Source: Podarcis filfolensis (lineage: Eukaryota). From it: 64,000 nt of DNA. The position numbers and the translations under genes are program-made. Position 1 is the stretch's first letter. Each line of letters starts with the position of its first letter. Location of the stretch: the NCBI GenBank assembly GCA_964270895.1, contig OZ185441.1; one strand, given 5' to 3'. Shown in pieces: positions 1 to 13,500 of the stretch. The notes under the pieces were generated by a model that was not told the DNA's origin, did no database searches, and was given only the letters and a program-made list of their open reading frames with translations.

Positions 1-278
1 ATTCTCATAGAAGAAGAAACCAGAGGAAATGACAAGAGCCAGAGTTCCTGCATTAGTGTCACTGAATCATCAATTTATTGATAAATTATACTGTGCCATT
101 TGGGAACTCGTATAAGGTATAACGTCTGTTCTTTTGCCACTTGGCTCCAAAACAAAAGCTGTGCAGAAACACATTGATTATAATGATGCTCATGGAAAGA
201 CTTACCATTTTTTACTAATAAGCTTTAATGAGTTATGATAAAAGGAAAAGAGTTGTGTTATCCATGGAAAGTTTTAAA

Positions 279-470
279 AGGGCTGTAGTCAATAGTAGAG
301 TATTTCCTTGTATGCAGAAGGTCTCAGATTCTGTTCCCAAGCATCTCTAAGTAGGGCTGGGAATACCGTCCAATTGCAACCCTAGAGAGCTTCAGCCTGT
401 CAATGTAGACGATACTGAGTTAAGTGAAGCAATTCATCTGACTCAGTATAAGGCAGCTTCCTGTGTTTCC
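279..470 (+). mobile_element. Old tRNA(Ala-like)-headed, MIR/Ther1-related squamate SINE (Squam3-like)
   Basis: Degenerate head ggctgtagtcaatagtagag...tgcagaaggtctcag; tail ctgactcagtataaggcagcttcct. Confidence 0.7.
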
Positions 471-937
471 ATAAAGAAGACAGTGACTTGAGTACTTTTA
501 ACTGCTTTGAGGTTTTATTGCAGTCAAGCAGTATATAGATCTTGTGAAATAAATACTTAGTTTTCCTTCCACAAATAGAAGGGCTCCTTTTGCTTGGAGA
601 AAGGACTCTGATCTAGGGGAGGCTTCAGCGGGTGAAAGTGAGGCAGGCAATTTTCAATTATTTCCCTTCCTTCTGCAGCTTAGCACCACCTCCCATGCTG
701 TTCCTGATTTTTAGGGAGGACAGGGGCTGCAGTGGCAAAAAAATTACTCTCCCCGCCCCCACACTTTCCTCCAGTGGGAGCATCCTGTGAGCAGACTTTG
801 GGCAATGGGCAGTTAGGATCCAAGCCAGTAAAGATTTGCCACCATAGTATGAGGCCAAATTTCTTTACCCACACAGGTAGTCATTTCAGCAAAATGAAAG
901 GCATGCCAAACAGCTGACAAGAACAAGTAGCTCGTTT

Positions 938-939
<2 letters not shown>

Positions 940-971
<32 letters not shown>

Positions 972-995
972 ACACACGCACACTCAGACACACAC
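940..995. repeat. (CT)n followed by imperfect (CA)n microsatellite
   Basis: Direct reading. Confidence 0.95.
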
Positions 996-1057
996 AAACC
1001 CTATGAATGGAACAATAGATGCTTAACATTTTCCACTCCTGTATTCTCTTGTTGCAG

Positions 1058-1301
1058 ATCTTACCTAGATATGGGTAAAGTGATAACATTCAGTTACCTC
1101 TTCTGGTTTGTCCTAACCATCATCTTCATAACAGGAACCACTCGGATCAGTATATTTTGCATGGGCTACTTGGTAGCTTGTTTCTATTTCCTGCTCTTTG
1201 GAGGAGATTTGCTACTCAAGCCTATCAGAAGCATTCTTCGCTATTGGGATTGGCTGATAGCATATAATGTCTTTGTGATTACAATGAAAAACATATTGTC
1301 G
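1058..1301 (+). CDS. PIEZO2: PIEZO2 exon (244 nt): [17 protein letters not shown]...MKNILS
   Basis: gttgcag|ATC acceptor, TCG|gtaagt donor; transmembrane-rich peptide. Confidence 0.95.
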
Positions 1302-4300
1302 GTAAGTGTCTCATTAAGTCCAAAGCCTATTAATATTTACCTCTGGATTGGAGGCACTGTTTTTCTAGCCCTTTGTGGTTTCAGCAGAAGAAATATATAT
1401 TTAAAAAATCAAATCAAATAAATGTATCCAGTATTTAGATATTGTTTAAATACTGCTATAAACACTGTTCTTATTTGCCACAGCCAGAACAGAAGAGCTC
1501 TTATTAGGGGCTGTTGATGCACTGCAGCATTTTGTTGCAAGGATCCCACTTGCTCCTAGATACCATACAAGATAGTAGAGGTCAGCTATGCATTGTATGT
1601 GCCTTCAATGGGCACTATTTCATGCAAAAGAGAGAAGGGAAAGCTTGTAGAATGGACCATGGAGTGAGGTTTGATTAATTTTTTTAAAATCTTGTTTTAT
1701 CTTACTTTTATATCAGAGAAAAAAGAAGTGGTAAACTATTGCAGTGGAAAACCCTAGTAAAACAGTTATAGGTAAAGGTACCGGCACCCCTCACCGTTAG
1801 GTCAAGTTGCGGCCGACTCTAGGCTTGCGCACTCATCTCGCCCTATAGGCCGAGGGAGCTGGCATTTGTCCATAGACAGCTTCTGGGTCATGTGGCAGGC
1901 ATGACTAAGCCACTTCTGGCAAACCAAAGCAGTGCACGGAAACGCCGTTTACCTTCCCACCAGAGCGGTACCTATTTATCTACTTGCACTTGACGTGCTT
2001 TTGAACTGCTATGAGGGCAGGAGCTGCTTTTCAAGGAAGACCATCCCTGGAGAAATATCATTCAATCTCCTTTTCGGTGGGGTGGGGTGGGGGGAGGCAC
2101 TTTCTTTAGCTTTACACTGAGCAATCTAGCAGGGGGCTAGGCTAATGGACTTTCACTTTAATTGCAACATTGTTTTTGTTTTGTCATCCTGAGATTTAAT
2201 ATTTCCATCTATGTATTGCAGATAGGCGCATGTGGCTACATCGAGTCATTAATTCAGAACAGTTGTTGGGTGATTCAGACATTTAGCCTGGCCTGTACAG
2301 TTAAGGGTTACAAAATTCGTAAGTATAGACATCTAAATTCCTTTGCAATAATCTTAAAAACTTACTGAAACTTAAATAGCTTTTAAATAGCTATTATTTC
2401 AAAAGCAATTGCCATTTATTTTGTTTTTCCTTTGTTGCTTTGATGCTGAGAAATGAATATCTGAATACATTAATTAAGCATAGATATAATTCAACTTCTT
2501 AAATTAAAATGGATAGAATTAGAGTTTTTTGAAAAGTATAATGAGAAACATTTGATGGGAAATGACTTTTTTTCTTAAAAGATAGCACAATGGTAGTATA
2601 TATCACAACAGTGATCTTCTCCAATTACAATAAGATGACTATAGTTCATTGTATTTTTTGGTAGTAGTACTCATGAAGCAGAAGATTGTACCAAAGCCAA
2701 TATGTGGTGGTGATGTTTGCTAGGGTCAGATCGCTAGATTCCCTACTTGTTTTACCAACTGTCTGTACTCCCCATTATTCCTGTGGCATCTCAGGCGGCA
2801 TCCTACATTTCATTCTTTTTTTCTGCATCTTGTTTTGATTGCTGCATAACACTTTTAGCTTTGCATGTTATTGTTCCTTTCACAAAATACCAATCAATTC
2901 AGTACAACTAGAGTTGCTAGTCTTACAGCCACCATACATGGCTGCTGGTCTCATAAATATCAGTGTGTACATGAACTGGTGAGGAATAAAGCAGAAAAAT
3001 AAGTATTTTAGCCACAAATGCCTTGAAACCTAAAGGGTTTAAAATGTAAAAGGTAAAGGTACCCCTGCCCGTACGGGCCAGTCTTGACAGACTCTAGGGT
3101 TGTGCGCTCATCTCACTCTATAGGCCGGGAGCCAGCGCTGTCCGCAGACACTTCCGGGTCACGTTTAAAATGTAGGAGCACATTAATAATAAAATTCCCT
3201 TCTTCCTACACACCTCTGTGTAATATACTTATTGGGTAGCATATAAATTTTGCAACACATAATAAATGATTGTTTTCTAGGTGGTTTACAATATTAATAA
3301 AACAATAAAATATTGTACAGGTAACATCATCACTATAACTGCTATTCAGTGACTCCAAGAAATAAATTATACAAATTTTAGAATGAAAATATTAAGTGTT
3401 GTATATCCAAATAAGTTCTACTCAGAGTAGCAGATACACTGAAATTAATGAAGCTAAATGAGTCATATTCATTAACTTCAGTGGGTCTACTCTGATTAGG
3501 ACTATCATTGGATGCAGCCCTAAGAGTTTAAAAGGCCTGGGACATTTTTTAAAAAGTGATTACTTAGTTCTGAAAACTGAGTGGGTGCCAGGCTAGCCTC
3601 TCTATAGCCCCAAAGACTTTTTACCCAATAACCATCTGCTCCACCACACTTGGGGAAACCTGGAGAAGGGAAGAAATCGAGCCCAAGTTTTCTTTTCTTT
3701 TGCACCCTTTAACCTTTTAAGAACAAATATTGCAGAATATAATACAATACTGCTTACTATTCAGGAATTTTGTTTACTCTTATCAGCTTTAGATAAAAAT
3801 CCAGACTGCAAACTACCCAGTGGGGAGGCAGGAATCATTTGGGATAGCATTTGTTTTGCCTTTCTCTTGCTGCAAAGAAGAGTCTTCATGAGTTACTACT
3901 TCCTTCATGTGGTTGCAGATATTAAAGCTTCACAGATTCTGGCATCCAGGTAAACTGAAGCATTTTGTTTAAATCTTTATATAGAGCCATATAATATAGC
4001 AACTCTAGCTACATTCTAGGGCAAGCTGTCTGGCCTGCATCTTACTAGAAAGCAGTGAAAAGCATTGTGCATGTATCACTGGAACTCGGACGTTTTGGCT
4101 CCCAAATGCCACAAACCCAGAAGTGATTGTTCCGGTTTGCGAACATTCTTTTGGAACCCGAACATCCAAGAGGGCTTCCACGACTTCTGGTTGGCTGCAG
4201 GATTTCCTGCAGCCAACCAGAAGCTGCGATTCGGTTTTCGAACGTTTTGGAAGTCTAATGGACTTCTGGAACGGATTCTGTTTGAGTTCCAAGGTACGGC

Positions 4301-7300
4301 TGTACTTGCGTGCTCCTCACTACCTCTTGCTCTTCTCCCTTGTAGCCAAGAAAAGGAGTTCAGAAGCTTTTGCTTCTATTTTAAGTCAACTTGTCTGGAT
4401 CCAGAATTGTGGTTAACAATAACTATGAATAAGTTTTGTTGTTGTTTATTAAAAAAACACTTTCAGAAACCGTGGGTTTTTCAGAATTAACTACAGTTCA
4501 TTTGGCTATATATAAGAAGTTGGCTTTAAAAAAAAAAGTTAACTGTACCGTAGTTGGTTAACCTGATTGCTACTTCAGACACATGATAAACTGAAGTTAG
4601 CCAAAAGCAAAAAACTTCTGAACACTTCCTCCCAGCTGCGTGCAAGGAAGAGGATAGGGGAAGGGATGGCTGTGAGGCTCCCTGCAGCTCATGCACGACA
4701 TGCTGAACTATGACATGTGAACACAGCTGCTATATACATGTTTTGTGTTGCATTGCTTTGACCCACATTTGGGGAACTGATGGATTGTTTTCTTTTTTAC
4801 AGAGGTGCTGAACTTTTCCAGGCCACAATTGTGAAAGCTGTAAAGGCAAGAATTGAGGAAGAGAAAAAATCAATGGATCAGCTGAAGAGACAGTACGCCT
4901 TTCTTTCTTCTTAGAATCTTAGAGTTGGAAAGGACCCAAGGGTCATCTAGTCCAACCCCCTGCAATGCCATTTCGCTTTTATGAGGGATTAACTATTAAC
5001 TCTAGTGAATTTGCTACTAGATTAGTTGGTTAGAGTATAGTACCACTTCACTAACCTTATAAAATGTACTTTAGATTTACACCGTAGGCATTTATGTCCT
5101 TAGAATGTGGTTTAAACTGCTAGTTGGTAAACTAACTCACAGCTCCCCATTACAAGAAACTAAGCACATTTAGGTGGTAGACAAAAGAAGAATGCAAGGA
5201 AGGAAGTTGATAAGCTCAATGCTCATTCCTGGCTTGCTAAACTATGATTTGGAAACTGGGAATGTTGCATCTGACTTGGGACAGTATCTTTAACATTTTA
5301 GGGCAAAATTATGTTGTGTAAATGCATGGTTAGAACATACTTCATCTCTTTTCTTTTTCTTAAAAGTAGGAGTAATGGGGGAAGCCCAATCAGTATTCAG
5401 ATCACAGTAGGTCTTTATGTCCTGGTCCTGATAAGATTTCCCCTTCCCCTAAAACTGTTATTGACTGTAGGAAAGAAACTACTGGATTTTACATGACATA
5501 TAGGTGCACAGATGTATATTTATAGAGTTCCCTCTGTGGTAGCAGAATCCTGGTCATGATTCTAGTCCTCGTGGAGAGAGCCCTGCATAATTGCATCTAT
5601 ACTTGCATATAGACTGATGTTGAAGTTGTGTTGGGTGTGGTCAGTGCACATACCCAAGTCTAGGGGGCATCTTGCTAACCCTTTACTGGATTCAGCATTT
5701 GCTGGTATCCAAAGCCTGAATATGGCTATAGTTTAGCCCTTAAAGATGTCTTTATGTGCTCATTAGTTTACTTATCCCAACTAATGCACAACACTTCACC
5801 CCTTCCAACTGATGTACATGGTGGGAGACAGCAAGAGTGGAAGGGGAAGGCCTTGCATGATCCATGGAATTGGTCTCTTCTCCAGGATTGATTCCACTTT
5901 GTTCCCCATGACAAGACAAAGGGCCTGGGCAACTAGATCACCCATCTCTCAGGAGCATAAACAAGAGGCACTATGCCTTTTGCGTATGTGATGCAAACGT
6001 GTGTGTTTGCTGCAATTAAAAATCCATTTTGCTGTCCAGAGTAAATTACACAAGTTGAGAAAATTATACAAGATAAGAGTTTTGGAAGATTAGATTTGGT
6101 TTTGCTCTTGCTCTGGAAATGTGGATGGCACAGAAGAAAAAAGAAATGGATCAGAAGAGGAAAACAGTGTGTAGGGGGATTGTTTAAGATAAGTAACAAG
6201 AACAAACAAGTTAGTTAATGAAAAATTAATTGCGTGTTGTTGCAATGAATATACAGCCTCTAGGGAACGTACGAGCATAAGGTATTTTTGTTCTGCTTAT
6301 AGTTTAGGGAGACCAACCCCACTCTTCTTTTCATAATAAAATTTAGTGTTGATATGCAGATTATCAGTAGAAAGAACTGGGAGGTGGCATGGTTTAAAGA
6401 ACAGTTCCGGCATACACAACCCCATTGTATACAATGATACATAGCCTCTCTATATAACTAGCCTTTGTGACAAGGATTGGGGTGGGGAATAATGCAGTAA
6501 GAATACATTGTGATGGTTTTGAAAGCATTTGCACTGCATATGCACAAAGATTGTTCTGTGACTCTGACGATGTAAAATTTGCTTTTTCAGAATGGATCGT
6601 ATCAAGGCCAGGCAACAAAAATATAAAAAGGGTAAAGAAAGGGTGTTGAGCATGAACCAAGAAACCTCAGATGGGCAAGCAATTGAAAAGGCTCCTGAAG
6701 AAGATGATGATGGTACTATTCCTTCAATATATCCAGTGTTGGTATTAATTGCTTGGACCTTGGCAATATCAACAAGAATGTGTGTAGGGAACTATTATAT
6801 GCAATCCAACCATTCAAAGAAAGGGCCTGATCACAGCCTGATCTTATGCATATTTACACAGAAGTAAATCTCACTGCGTTCAATGGGACTTATTCCAAAA
6901 ATAGGATTGATGTCTTAGGGCACATACGCAGCTCACTAACCCTTCCCATTTACTTTAGTGGAAGAACAACCTGAGATCTGCAGTCACATGATTGTCCCTT
7001 TCACTGAAATAAATACGAGGCAATCCAGGATTTTGGATTAGAGTACTAAAGTACAGTATACAAACAAATTCAAAATGAATGAATTATATTTTTGGAATTC
7101 AGAAAAAAATGGTTGCTACTGTTTTCAATCCCCCATATATTTCAGTTTATATGTAATAAAATTTAATTCATTGCAGATTTATATTTGAATTCATATTTCA
7201 TATTAAGTAGCTATCAAATACTGATTGTTTTTTTTAAAAAATGAAATTTTCTCCCCACTCCCACTGATGACACAATTTCCCGCCAATAAATTGGGTTACA

Positions 7301-7493
7301 TCCAATTTAGTTGTTCTCATTGTCCAATTAATGACATCAATGGGCCTGACTAATTTAGGTCCGTTAATTTATAAACGGCTCTACTCTGAATAGAACTTAC
7401 TTAGATATAATCCATTGCCAGTGTGTGTGTTTTTCTCTTGGCCCAGAGTTCACACAGTGATACTGCACAGTGTCTCCTCAAAGCCTTTATGGG

Positions 7494-7533
<40 letters not shown>

Positions 7534-10500
7534 CCGAAAGTCTTAAATCTGTGAAATCTATTCAAGTATCTTGTATCAGTATTTTTTTTGGAGGGGGGTT
7601 TACTTCACAACAAAGTACTGTGTCTCTTATTTTAAAAACAAAAAAAGCAGCCATGTTTCTGAATGGGAAATGGGAAAAGCCTCGGGGGGGGGGGAGTTAG
7701 TATTCCCTGAATTTCTTCTAATTTGAAGTAAATTTCTAGTTTAACAGCATATAAAAATGACCATGTGCTATTGATCAGCTAATTAACAACAATAAATAAA
7801 TGCCTGATTTGTGGTGGTGTTTTTCTTGAGTTTATTAGAATTGGATCAATTCTTACAAAGTGTGGAGCTACTAGAAAGAGAAAATATAAGTAGTAATGTG
7901 TTTCTCACTTTCTAAAATTAATTTTTGGACATATTTCATTTTAGGAGAAGCAGACAAAGAGAAAGCCAAGGGCAAAAAAAAGCAGTGGTGGCGGCCTTGG
8001 GTTGATCATGCTTCTAGTAGGTTTTTCAATAATTTTTAAAATACATGAATTTAACCCTTATATCCTTGACCAGAATGAAGGCATTCCCAAGACCTGTTTG
8101 TTTTATGCATGGTTTTAAAATTGTGACTTGATAGTTATATGAATGCAATGGCACGCAAGATAAGTAGTTTAAGTGTCGCTAAATGCTATATATTTTAATG
8201 GAATTGGTTGAAGTGCAAAGTTAAAATGTCCAAAACATATATATGGTTTTCTGTCTTTCAATCCAGCTTTAAAATACATTTTGCCCTTCCAGCCATATAT
8301 GTAGTTTCTATGCATCCATATCTATACATCTGTGTAACTGTAGTATCTATTTGTGTATCTATGCATATGTGTATCTATCCAGCTATCCAGATTTTGAATG
8401 TTGATTTCTGTCAAGTCACAAGTAAACTGTGCCTATAGATATACAGTTAAATATTTCTGTTTACAAAGGGCAGGATGAAAATGTAGAGACCTATCCTTTT
8501 TTCAAAGTTGCTGAAGGGAAATTAATTATTACTGAAGACAAATTGCAAATAATGTGTTTTGAGGGTATAGCTGTTCAGAATGGACCTGGATATGGTCTCT
8601 GTTAATTCTAATTAGTTTTGATGCTACAGAATAATTGTTGAAATTAACGTGGTGAGAATGACTCGGAGACTAGCAGGCTCCCAGGTTATCTTTTGCAGTG
8701 GATCAGTTGAGGCAGAAAACAGAGAATAGCACAATTCCACTGTTTTCTGTAATAATCCACTGTGTGAGACAGACCTGTACCCATGCAACTTTTGTTAAAT
8801 TATTCCAATTCTAATTCAGTATTTCATTTTACTCTCATTATATGTTTTAGGAAATAGATGCACAGTACCTATTGCAATAATGCACACACGTGTTGTGAAC
8901 AGCACCATACAGCCAAGCCCTGAAAATGATTGCTATCCACCAGCTCTGTCTTTCTAAAACAATAGTTCAGTTTCAGGACAGTAGCTTGTGTAGTTGAATG
9001 AGTCATGTACTTTTTATAGCTCAGTGTTGTAATATAGTATTCAAAGTGTCCTGTAGTGTCACATTGACATCTAAAATGTGTTTTATCTGCATCACTATCT
9101 TTTACTTCTGTACCTCAGGGCTTCACTTCTTCCAAGGAAGGCATGGGGCTAGAAACATGCTTTCTCACACAGTTGTCTCTACCTGATAGTTTCTAAAATA
9201 ACAGCAAAAATCAGTGTGGTGAGAAGAAAATAATATTGTGCTTTCCTCCTCATTGTGCTTCCACCATTCTGATTAATCCATTAAACTGATGTGAAGAATT
9301 GTTAACTTTCTTCTGGAGGAAGTGTGGGCTGTGGGTGGAGAGGTCTGATCCTCTTGAAAAAACGGCTACTGTTTTCAATTGGTTCATTACTTCACCACCA
9401 TTCTAATTCATACCTGCAAGGGTGCATTATTGCAGTTTAATCATGCCTCATGCCCTTCATATCTCAGCAATTAAATGTTATATATGGTTCAGTAGTGGTA
9501 ATGCCAGGGCCTTCTGTTTTGAAAACACCCAAGAAAAAGCATTGATCTGCATTGTTTTCCCCCAGTATAAAGTAACTCTGTCCTGGGAGACATTATTCTG
9601 TGAGAGATTATATTAAATAATAAATTTGTATGTTGTGAATTGGCCTGAGATCTACAGATGAAGGGCAGTTTACTACTACTACTACTACTAATAATAATAA
9701 TAATAATAATAATAATAAGGTATTTTAATGGGTTTTTTGCCATTAGTGCTTATACCAGAGCAAGTGGAGAGTGTCACTATTAGCTTTAAAACTTATTTTT
9801 TTATCATCATTATTTATATTCCACCTTTTCCCCTAATGGGGAAAGTTGGTGCCTGTGGTTCATCTCAAATAGTGGCAAGTAATATGACCTTCCATCCTGT
9901 AACTTTCTCCAGTGTAGGTAAGATAGGGGAGAATTCATAACTCTCACTTTACTCCTGCCTTAAGATAAAGTGCTAATATGAAAATGGCTTCAGTGTATAA
10001 TTGAGATAAAACAGAGGGTCAGGTATGATTGAACAAGAATGTTATATAATGAGGGTAAAATGAATTGCTGAATCTATTGCTAGGTAAGTTTAGTATTATA
10101 ACTATACTAAGGGCTTTTAATTTATTTACAGATATTATGTTAATAGCCTTCTCTGGCAAATGTAATGCTGGCTTTTATTTTATCTTGCTTATTATTTTTC
10201 TTTTCATGTCCTTTGTTTCTCTTGTTTGATCAAGTTAGGCCTGTTAGCTTATTTGAAGTTTTTAAAAACTGTGCTTCTGTTCAAGGATATAAGGCCCAGT
10301 TCATTCACATCACATCTTGAACATATGGAGGCCTCTGAACTGTTTTAAATCCGCAGGGAAAAATCAATGTGTAGTTATGATCATTCATCTGTGCTGTTTC
10401 TATTTTCTCTGTTTAAACTTGAAGAATATAGTAAAAGAAAAGCAAATGCTATGGGATACCTGAACACTTCTAACAGCATTATATTTTGATTTTGATTTTC

Positions 10501-13500
10501 CTCCAGTGATACAATTTTAAATTTAGCTTACTCCCTGGATACCCAATAGAATTAGGATTTCTCAAACTGGCAAAATGGAAACTTTTTTTTTTCTTTTTAA
10601 GAATAATACTGCACATTTTTAGTAATACCCTGCCAACTCTTTTTGCATTCTATCTGTCCAGTTTCTTCTTATGATTTTTTTTTATATTTTCCCAGCGAAA
10701 ATGTACACTTTTTCCTTTTTTTTCGTGCCTGCAAACACCAAATGATTTTCCTGCCACAAGTTCTCTTTATCTCTTTCTTTCTCTCCACTTCTACCTGTCC
10801 TTCATTGAGTCCCACAATCACAGAATGCTTCCATGTATTTTTGTGGTGGCTCGGGATAGAGCTAATGAGGGATCTCCCAGCCTCCTGCAAGAAATAAAAA
10901 AAAACCAAATATTTTATTTTGCTTAGTGGTCAGAAGTGGAGATTATTATTTGTTTGAGACGGACAGTGAAGAAGAGGAAGACGAAGAAAAAGAAGAGGAG
11001 GAAGAAGCTCCAAAAAGATCTGCATTCCAGGTACTGTGTTTTTGTGTATGCTGTGCCTCCTACAAAGGTATGATAACATGCTAACTTGAACTTGCTTGCT
11101 TATACTGTTGTCACATTTCTGCAATGTAAGAATGATACTGGAGATGGATTTTCATTCACTTGCACCTGTAGCATGTTTTTTTAAAAAAATAAAGCTTCAT
11201 ATCGAACTCTATTTTTCTGATGTTGCATTGGAGACAAGTGAATAAAACATCTTTCCACAGGCATTGCTTGATATTGCTTAGAAGCTTTTCTGTTTTGGAA
11301 ATCAACAATCTGTTTATTGTAGTAAAAACCGTGTTTTATATATAGTGATGTTGTCCCAACAATTTTTTATTCATTGTAATAGTCACATGGGGGGGTCATG
11401 AGGTAATAAAAAGAAATTTATATTGTAGGTAGAGAAAGGTAAGTATTTAGCTGCACCAGCATCCGGCAACTTGATTCATGCATGCGTATACTGATTCAGA
11501 GTGAAGCATCTTGGTGTTCCTTTAGTTCTTCTGGATTAAGACAATAGAAGTGAATCTGATTTAATGTTATATTCTTGTGGGTTTCCTTTTTTCAGAGTGC
11601 TGCTATAACATGTACACGCAGAAAAACAATGTCACAATTATTAAGTTCTTTCACAATGATGCAACTATCTGTCAATAATAATAGCCATGGGCTATATCAG
11701 ATTTTTCATCTAGACTCACATAGTATATTGAGCTGTCCGAATCCCTCTGCCATACAATGAGGTGTCTACATGCATGGTATCGCAATCCAAGATTGCAACT
11801 TCATTCTTTATGAGGCTTGTAAATGAGCAGAAACATTCTTTTCAAAAGCATACCACCTCAAGTAGCTCCCATGCAATGCTGTCATATACAGAAAGTATGG
11901 GTTTTACCAAAGTTTTATGTTGAATCATATTCATTTGTTTATATTCACGAGATCTAGATGCAAAAATAGGTTTCCACATGAACTTCAGAGACTAGATAGT
12001 GGCTGGTTTATATGCCATGGTAAGCCGAACTGTAGCTTAGCAGGCGTATGTGAACATGCTGGCTCCCAGAGAGGCACCCACGTTGCTCGTCCCCAGTCCT
12101 TTTAGCTCATGTTTGACTTACTGTGTCATCAAACTCAGGATTGTATTTAAGCTCTCTCCTTCACCATGGTCTGTAGCCCAAAAAAACTTTTAACTTAGCT
12201 GTCATGCTACACCAAACTAAAAATACAGAGAGGTTTGCACTGAGACCTAGTTTGGCCCAGTGTCATTTGTGAACAAGGTCAAGGTCTTCTTTGTTCTACC
12301 ATAGATGTCAATCTGGTTTATTTGTTGCAAATAAGTTCTGTATTTGGAATCTAAAAATTGTGTCAAGATTTTCTGTTTATGTTGATCTTCCCTGGTGTCT
12401 TCTGTTCGGGAATCGTCGATTTTAGTCCTTGCGTCAGTGTTTTGTAGCATATACGTTTGTGGTGAACGACATCAATTGATAATCCAATCAGCAAAATTAT
12501 TATAAAAATGTTTTTGGTGGCATAAGTAGTATGTTTTCATAAGAACAGCAGTAGGGGTAGGGATGGGAATCTGTAATTACTACTGTCTGTCATGTACTAA
12601 AAATTAACTTTCACTTAGAATGTGTCTTCTAATAAACATAACTAATTAGTATTTTTACATGTTTAGTTAATAACTGTTATACTAATATTTTATCACTAGT
12701 CCACTATTAAGTTGATTATTAACAGTTCACATTCATGAGCCCATGGTAAATTGTTTCTAATAGTGTCATGCAATATATTTCTTATAACAATAACAGTTAT
12801 GTTTTCACTAATTTGTCTTGCTTTGTCCTTCTTTATAGAGAGCTATTGCGAAATTTGCTTCTGCCATTTTAGCCTTGCCAAAGTCTATTATTAAACTGCC
12901 CAAAACTATTCTTCAGTATTTAATCAGAGCTGCAAAGGTATTTGATGTTCCATACCATGTAGAATGTGATCTCACCCCATACTATTATGGCATAGGGTAT
13001 CCCTTTTCTGCATTTTCCCTCTTTATATGAACTTTGTGAGGACTTAATGAGAGTCAAGCATTTGGTATGTATAAGATTTAAAAAACTAAATCATACAAGG
13101 AAATATAACTCATTTTAACGGTGATCCTAGAGAGAAAATGCAGACACATCTTGGCATAATCTTGGCATTTCTGCCTAAGCTGTGTTGAGAGGATTCCATG
13201 GGTTGCATGCATTTATAGGTAGTGGGTCAAATGCTGACCCTGTTTAAATTGCTGAATTGTAAAAAAAAAAAAAAAAGAGCAGGATTTCCTCTGGCATGGT
13301 AATCTTTCTCAGAAAGCTGGTAAAACCTTAAAATATTACAGCTGAGGATGCTTACCCTTCACACTTCCTGTCCATGTGCATCATCATTCTGGTATCAGTA
13401 ATCCATTAGCCTGTCTTGGGACTTCCTTTAGTAGTATTTGTGATGCTATGCATAATGTATACAGTATGTCACTTATGTGCAAGAAGCACTAAAAACATTT

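Noticed and set aside
2076-2094. G-rich run as an RNA G-quadruplex
   Set aside because: Only three clear G-tracts; such runs are common.
4005-4490. Overlapping ORFs of 95-141 aa
   Set aside because: They derive from a palindromic MITE; no protein similarity.
9965-10083. Possible poison exon with a good acceptor and perfect GTAAGT donor
   Set aside because: Cryptic site pairs are common in AT-rich introns, and there is no independent support.
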